From: a virus
Lineage: Duplodnaviria > Caudoviricetes
Length of the DNA stretch: 32,174 nt
Strand: one strand, 5' to 3'
IMG/VR virus record: IMGVR_UViG_3300031949_001619
Coordinates: 1-32,174 of that record
Position numbers and translations under genes: made by a program. Under the pieces are notes generated by a model. That model ran no database searches. It was not told where the DNA came from and saw only the letters and a list, made by a program, of their open reading frames with translations. Shown here piece after piece: positions 27,134 through 32,174 of this stretch. Position 1 is the stretch's first letter. Every line of letters begins with the position of its first letter.

Positions 27134-27682
27134 ATGCTTGATATACAGGTAAAAATTGAAGGCGATAAGGTTATTATTGAAGGTCTTGGCAAAATTGCGC
27201 AGGAGCTTCCCGGAGCAATTACAAAAGGTCTTACACGCTCTGCAAAAGGCATCCACGGGAATGCCCAGGATTTTCTGTCAGGCGCCGGCGCTAAAGGCGA
27301 AACAACAGGGTTTGCATATGCTGATATAAAAACCAGAAAACTAAAAATCTCAAAGCAGAAATGGACTCCGCAATCAATCCCTGCAGGCGGTTATCCAGTG
27401 CCTGCCCGAAGAAAACATTTATTAGGTTCTTTATATTGGTTGAAACCCGGGACATCAAGGACGCATGAAAGCGGAAAAACTTTTACCGTAGGCCCTCATG
27501 AGGTAATTATTTCCGATTCTGCAATCTATCAACATCCAATCCATGAAGGCACGTGGACTCAAACAAAACATGGACCGAGGCGCTTTCTTACAGATGCCCT
27601 GACAAAATTTAATCAGGGTGACAGGATAAAAAAGATTATGGAAGAAGAAATTCAGAAGGCAAAGGAGAAAGCAAAATTATAA
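27134..27682 (+). CDS. HK97 gp10 / Mu gpG-like tail completion protein
   Basis: YPVP.R..HL..S and Y..PIHEGT...PRRFL.DA motifs. Confidence 0.65.
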   Translation: MLDIQVKIEGDKVIIEGLGKIAQELPGAITKGLTRSAKGIHGNAQDFLSGAGAKGETTGFAYADIKTRKLKISKQKWTPQSIPAGGYPVPARRKHLLGSLYWLKPGTSRTHESGKTFTVGPHEVIISDSAIYQHPIHEGTWTQTKHGPRRFLTDALTKFNQGDRIKKIMEEEIQKAKEKAKL

Positions 27683-27757
27683 ATAAAGAAAATTTGCCAC
27701 GAGACTTACACAGACTAAAAAAAAGAAAGTCAGTGAGAGTCAGTGGCAAGAGAATTT

Positions 27758-28204
27758 ATGATTAATTTATATCTAAATGCCCTTAAAATAAGGCTGCAAA
27801 ACAATCAGGCTCTTACTGATTTTTGCCAGACAAATTTTGGAAGAAATCTCTCAGTCCGCCGATTTTTTAAAAACAGAGCAGAGATTAACGCATCTGATCT
27901 GCCGCTGATTTTTATCACACGCCCGGCAATCAAAAGAGAATTCGCAGGCAATATTTCAAAAAAAGAGCACTCAATAGCTTTGTACGGCCTTTTGCACTGG
28001 CCCAAAGAAGATGATGAAGGTCTTTCAAGGGCGCAGGACTTAAGCATTGAGTTTGAGGAGCTTATTGAGGACGCAGTGCATATATATACGGGACTGACGG
28101 GCGATATATCTATGGCGCTCACAGACGGAGATTCTGAGAACGATGAAGGCATATTTCATCCTGTTTATGCTCTTGTTAAGCACCTGATTATTAAGGACAG
28201 ATGA
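27758..28204 (+). CDS. Putative tail terminator / tail completion protein
   Basis: Synteny; INASDLPLIFI motif; about 148 aa. Confidence 0.5.
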   Translation: MINLYLNALKIRLQNNQALTDFCQTNFGRNLSVRRFFKNRAEINASDLPLIFITRPAIKREFAGNISKKEHSIALYGLLHWPKEDDEGLSRAQDLSIEFEELIEDAVHIYTGLTGDISMALTDGDSENDEGIFHPVYALVKHLIIKDR

Positions 28205-28295
28205 AGAATTTAATATTAGCCACAGATTTACACAGACTTTTTAAAAAAAGAGTCAGTGAAGGTCAGTGGCAAGAAAGTTAGTGGCTAAGGAATTA

Positions 28296-28553
28296 ATGTC
28301 TGAGCTATTCAGAACTCTTGAAAGGCGTGTTAGTGTAATGGAATGTATCCTGAAAAAATACGGCGACGAGCAGTTTTCCAAAATCAGAGCTATTGAATCT
28401 GATCTGGGATGGATAAGAAAGTGGAGATGCAGAATGGAGAAGTATGGAGACCGTATTCTGTGGCTGATTATTGTTTTTGTTTTAGGATTTTTCTTTCTGC
28501 TTCTGCTGAAAGAGGCAAAGATTGTGACGAGCTTATTAGGGGGTTCAAAATGA
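28296..28553 (+). CDS. Small membrane protein (holin/antiholin-like)
   Basis: N-terminal coiled segment plus one TM helix ILWLIIVFVLGFFFLLLL; start of the lysis module. Confidence 0.55.
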   Translation: MSELFRTLERRVSVMECILKKYGDEQFSKIRAIESDLGWIRKWRCRMEKYGDRILWLIIVFVLGFFFLLLLKEAKIVTSLLGGSK

Positions 28554-29314
28554 TTCAATGTCCTGTGTGTGGTCATATTTTGAGTAAGGAAGAAGTACAG
28601 ATTAAGATTTGTTCGGAGTGTGAGCATAAACACCATACAAATGAGGTGTATCAGGAAAATAGTAAATTAATGCAGGAAATAAAAGAGCTTGACTCTGCCA
28701 ACACAACTCTTACAAGAGCGCTTTTTCATAACAACGAGCAGCTTGTCAACGCTTTTATTTCACAGGTAGACGCACAAGACAGATATACCGGCCAGCATTC
28801 AAGACGCGTAGCAATGCTGTCAGTTCAAATTGGCAAACTCCTGAACTTCAAACATAATGTTTTATTGCAGCTTGAAAAATCCGCTCATCTGCACGACATT
28901 GGCAAAGCGTATGTAAATGAGGCAATTCTTAATAAGAGCGGAAAACTTACAGATGAAGAAATGAATGTTATGAAAAAACATCCTTTAAAGGGCGTGGATT
29001 TAATTAAGCATATTGATTTATTTTCATATGCGGTTGATGTTATCCATTACCATCATGAAAGGTGGGACGGTAAGGGATATCCTGACGGACTGAAAGAAAT
29101 GGAAATCCCTTATTGGGCCAGGATAGTCGCCATCGCTGATGCGACAGATGCAATGATGATAGAGAGGCCATACAGACAGGCATTACACCGAGATAAGATA
29201 ATTCACGAACTAAAAAATAACGCCGGCATTCAATTTGACCCGCTCATTATCGCTGAAATATTTAAGTCTGACAAAGATGAAGTATTTTTTAAGATTACAG
29301 AAAGGGGTGAATAA
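28550..29314 (+). CDS. HD-GYP cyclic-dinucleotide phosphodiesterase with N-terminal zinc ribbon
   Basis: YTGQHSRRV, LHDIGK, HHERWDGKGYP, ADATDAM and RPYR all intact; CPVC...CSEC at the N-terminus; ATGA overlap with the upstream gene. Confidence 0.92.
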   Translation: MIQCPVCGHILSKEEVQIKICSECEHKHHTNEVYQENSKLMQEIKELDSANTTLTRALFHNNEQLVNAFISQVDAQDRYTGQHSRRVAMLSVQIGKLLNFKHNVLLQLEKSAHLHDIGKAYVNEAILNKSGKLTDEEMNVMKKHPLKGVDLIKHIDLFSYAVDVIHYHHERWDGKGYPDGLKEMEIPYWARIVAIADATDAMMIERPYRQALHRDKIIHELKNNAGIQFDPLIIAEIFKSDKDEVFFKITERGE

Positions 29315-29317
29315 TTT

Positions 29318-29770
29318 ATGCTTAGCATTATAGGCTCGTTACTGGGTTTTGCAGGTTCTTTTTTCCCGTCGCTTCTTAAATTCTATCAGGACAAGAGGGA
29401 TAAAGAGCATGAACTGAAAGTCATGGAAATGCAGATAAAGGCTCAGTCTCAGGCTCATACTGAAAGACTTGAAGAAATTAGCGCTGAAGCAGATATAGCG
29501 GAAAGCAAGGCGCTGTATCAATCAGCGCAGGTAACGCTTTCAGGCGTTAAATGGGTTGATGCTGTAATAACCTTTATGACTTCCAGCGTCAGGCCGGTAA
29601 TAACTTATGCTTTTTTCTTTATTTATAGCTGGGTCAAGGTTGAGCAGTATGAATTAGTTGGTGATATTGCTAAGGTCTGGAATCAGGAAGATATGGCTAT
29701 ATTTTGTACAATTATTTCTTTTTGGTTTGGCGCCAGGAGCATGAGGTATTATCTTGGTAAAAAAGCATAG
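29318..29770 (+). CDS. Holin (3TM-holin-like)
   Basis: N-terminal amphipathic/TM segment, SVRPVITY and IISFWFG.R motifs; directly upstream of the lysozyme. Confidence 0.7.
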   Translation: MLSIIGSLLGFAGSFFPSLLKFYQDKRDKEHELKVMEMQIKAQSQAHTERLEEISAEADIAESKALYQSAQVTLSGVKWVDAVITFMTSSVRPVITYAFFFIYSWVKVEQYELVGDIAKVWNQEDMAIFCTIISFWFGARSMRYYLGKKA

Positions 29771-29774
29771 ATTT

Positions 29775-30197
29775 ATGACCTCTCAAGGCATAGATTTAAT
29801 AAAACAAATTGAGAGTTTTTTTAGTGCGCCTTATTGGGATTATAAAGGATTTTCTATTGGGTATGGGCATCTTATTAAAAATGGAGAATCATTCACATCT
29901 ATAACTGAGAATGAAGGCGAGAAAATCTTGAGGAAAGATTTATTTGCATCTGAAAGGGCTGTTTTAAGATTTATTAGCGTCTCTTTGACGGATGGGCAAT
30001 TTGACGCTTTATGTTCTTTTACTTTTAACCTGGGCGGCGGGGCGCTGCAAAGAAGCACATTAAGACAGAAGCTTAACAGAGGCGAAGATAAAGAAGATAT
30101 TGCCCCTGAGTTCTTGAGGTGGGTTAGGGCAGGCGGAAAAATTTTGAGAGGGTTAATTAAAAGACGCCAGATAGAAATGGAGTTATTTTTAGCATAA
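29775..30197 (+). CDS. Endolysin, GH24 phage lysozyme
   Basis: IKQIE...Y.D....SIGYGH, QFDALCSFTFNLG and GLIKRRQIE. Confidence 0.92.
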   Translation: MTSQGIDLIKQIESFFSAPYWDYKGFSIGYGHLIKNGESFTSITENEGEKILRKDLFASERAVLRFISVSLTDGQFDALCSFTFNLGGGALQRSTLRQKLNRGEDKEDIAPEFLRWVRAGGKILRGLIKRRQIEMELFLA

Positions 30198-30198
30198 T

Positions 30199-30315
30199 AT
30201 GAATGAAGAAAAAATATTAAAGCTTATAGAATGTATGAAAAAGGGATTCAATAAAGAAAGGTGCTCGGAATGTCCTAATTTTGGAAATTGTCATAAGTTA
30301 AATTTAATCAGGTGA
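30199..30315 (+). CDS. Small Cys-rich protein (38 aa)
   Basis: MNEEKILKLIECMKKGFNKERCSECPNFGNCHKLNLIR fills the gap between endolysin and fibre; below the ORF-track cutoff. Confidence 0.45.
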   Translation: MNEEKILKLIECMKKGFNKERCSECPNFGNCHKLNLIR

Positions 30316-30331
30316 GGAGTCTAAAAATATA

Positions 30332-32174
30332 GTGTTAGCTATCCCGATTCCATCAAATAGCTTTATACCATTAAGTCAGAAGGGCGCGGCTAATGGAGTG
30401 GCGACTCTTGATGTTTCCACATTAATTCCGCTTGTTCAGATTCCGGCGACTTTGACCGGCAAAGACGCTGATACGCTTGACGCTTACCATGCTTCCTCAT
30501 TTTCATTGGTTGGGCATAACCATGATACTGCTTATGCTCCATTATCTCATGTAAGCACCGCTGATGCGCATTTACCAAGTCAGACTGGCAATAGCGGAAA
30601 ATTTCTTTCTACAAATGGTTCGGTAACAAGTTGGGCTGATGTATCAAGCGGTGTAACAGACCATTCATTATTAAGCAATCTTGCGTATGCGTTATCAGGA
30701 CATACTGGATTTGAGCCAACTGTCACAAAAGGCAATCTCACAGCAGGTTCAAGTAAAATCACAATCGGCGGGACTGGGACAGGGGCTTTAATTGGAGCAG
30801 GCGCTTCGGTGGATGTTAATCAGGCAAATTTAGACCACGGTTCAATTGGGGGACTTGGGGATGATGACCACACGCAGTATGCCTTACTTCTTGGCAGGGC
30901 TGGTGGACAAACCTTAATCGGCGGGACGGCAAGCGGAAATAATCTCACTTTACAATCCACATCCAACGCCACCAAAGGCAAAATCCTATTTGGCACTTCG
31001 GCTTATGACGAGGTGAATAATGTATTAGGATTAAACACGGCAACGCCTTCTTCTTTATTTAAATTGGATATAGTTGGCAATCAGAGAATTACTTCTACTA
31101 CTTCTGATGGTTTGCGTATTACCCAAACTAATGGCAATAGGGGGCTATTTATAGATGCTTTCGCAACAACGGGTGTGACACAAAATGCTATTGGGTTAAA
31201 CGTTAAAGCACAATACAGCGGTGGATTTTCCACAACTGGTAATTTTTTGGGTGGAAAATATTGGGTTGAAGCGGCTGGCAGTGGAAGCGGATATACGGCA
31301 GGAAAAGCGATAGCAATTCAAGCAGATTTAGTGGATAATTCCGATTCCCTTCCTACATTCACGAGTGTCTATAATTTTTTTGCCAATGCGAGCCAGTTAA
31401 ACGCAACAGACGCTTATGGAATGTATTTAACCGCCCATTCAGGAATAGTTATCAACGCTTATGGGATATACCTTCAAAAACAAACAGTAGGTACTGTAAA
31501 AAACTACGGGATAGTTTTAGCTGGTGATGGTATAGGGAGTGATTTAGTTTTAGGAGCGGGAAACGATATTACTTTAAATTATGATGGTTCTAATACCATA
31601 TTGGCGAATCTTGTTGGTACTGGGAAATTTGATGTTCAGATGGACTTGAGTTTAACCGCTCAAAATATAATTACCGATACAACTACAGGCACAATAATAT
31701 TTACTGCGGCAAATCAAAAAGGGGCTTTTTTTGGAGCAACACCCATCATTCAGCCAGTTAATACAATTGATTTAAGGACTGCTTTGATAAATTTGGGATT
31801 ACTTGCATCCGGCGGAGTTACACCTTTAAATCTTAACGGTGGCACTTTAACAGCAGGCTCGCTTGTGCTTACAACTGATTTGCCCATAACAGAAGGTGGA
31901 ACAGGTAACTCAACTGCACAGACTGCAATTAATGCTTTAACAGATGTGGTCTCAGCCACAAATGAATACGTATTAACAAAAGACACTGCCACTGGTAATG
32001 CAATATTCAAAGTCTCAGCAGGAGGAGGTTCAAATCATGATCTTTTATCGGCAACTCACCCAGACACAGTCGCTGCTTCGGCAGTCTTAGGGGATACTCT
32101 ATATGGCAATGCTACTCCTGCTTGGACTAAGCTGGCTGGTAATACAACTACCATAAAGAAATTTCTTGTGCAAA
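30332..32174 (+). CDS. Tail fibre / receptor-binding-like protein, 3' truncated by the window
   Basis: GTG start after GAGGAG; G/T/A/S-rich frame with KGAANGVATLD, DADTLDAYHAS, LPSQTGNSGKFL.TNG and DHG..GGL.DDDHTQY fibre motifs; appears open to the window end, which would explain its absence from the track. Confidence 0.8.
   Translation, partial: MLAIPIPSNSFIPLSQKGAANGVATLDVSTLIPLVQIPATLTGKDADTLDAYHASSFSLVGHNHDTAYAPLSHVSTADAHLPSQTGNSGKFLSTNGSVTSWADVSSGVTDHSLLSNLAYALSGHTGFEPTVTKGNLTAGSSKITIGGTGTGALIGAGASVDVNQANLDHGSIGGLGDDDHTQYALLLGRAGGQTLIGGTASGNNLTLQSTSNATKGKILFGTSAYDEVNNVLGLNTATPSSLFKLDIVGNQRITSTTSDGLRITQTNGNRGLFIDAFATTGVTQNAIGLNVKAQYSGGFSTTGNFLGGKYWVEAAGSGSGYTAGKAIAIQADLVDNSDSLPTFTSVYNFFANASQLNATDAYGMYLTAHSGIVINAYGIYLQKQTVGTVKNYGIVLAGDGIGSDLVLGAGNDITLNYDGSNTILANLVGTGKFDVQMDLSLTAQNIITDTTTGTIIFTAANQKGAFFGATPIIQPVNTIDLRTALINLGLLASGGVTPLNLNGGTLTAGSLVLTTDLPITEGGTGNSTAQTAINALTDVVSATNEYVLTKDTATGNAIFKVSAGGGSNHDLLSATHPDTVAASAVLGDTLYGNATPAWTKLAGNTTTIKKFLVQ

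Larger units (their letters stand above)
1..32174 (+). mobile_element. Tailed phage/prophage segment (replication, modification, head, lysis, tail fibre); ends not in window
   Basis: Co-oriented primase, terminase, portal, protease, capsid, holin, lysozyme and fibre genes; no host housekeeping genes; no att site or genome end recognised. Confidence 0.95.

Noticed and set aside
5741-27682. Mu-like transposable phage
   Set aside because: Mor- and MuF-like genes are present, but no DDE transposase or MuB is visible and replication appears primase/origin based.
20651-28285. CRISPR array interpretation of the recurring CACAGATTTA and GGCACAAA repeats
   Set aside because: No constant repeat with unique equal-length spacers; copies are dispersed and degenerate; no cas genes.
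28409-28549. 47-aa N-terminal extension of the HD-GYP ORF given in the track
   Set aside because: Overlaps the membrane-protein gene in another frame; the ATGA-coupled start at 28550 is more plausible.
396-32010. Minus-strand ORFs in the track
   Set aside because: Nearly all are antisense shadows of well-supported + strand genes or span repeats; none shows a recognisable motif.

Overview
The whole window reads as one contiguous segment of a tailed dsDNA phage or prophage, with every credible gene on the + strand. The order is: DnaG-type primase/helicase and an iteron-bearing origin-like region; DNA MTase; tyrosine recombinase; Mor/C-type late activator; a broken sugar epimerase with a second MTase between 98-bp direct repeats; a six-gene glycosyltransferase/sulfotransferase/B12-radical-SAM cluster; a ParB + MTase-fold + radical-SAM + RHH block; two moron-like genes; the head module (TerS, TerL, portal-MuF fusion, protease/scaffold, decoration protein, major capsid protein); head-tail joining genes; a lysis module containing an HD-GYP phosphodiesterase; and a tail-fibre-like ORF running off the right end, which the ORF track omits. 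The most unusual points are the HD-GYP enzyme coupled to the lysis genes, the soluble glycan-building cluster, a capsid protein with a membrane-like N-terminus, and at least five families of short REP/MITE-like repeats. These repeats sit between the structural genes, form MK..ATDL mini-ORFs, insert in frame into proteins and nest inside each other. All functional calls come from motif recognition by eye, without database searches.
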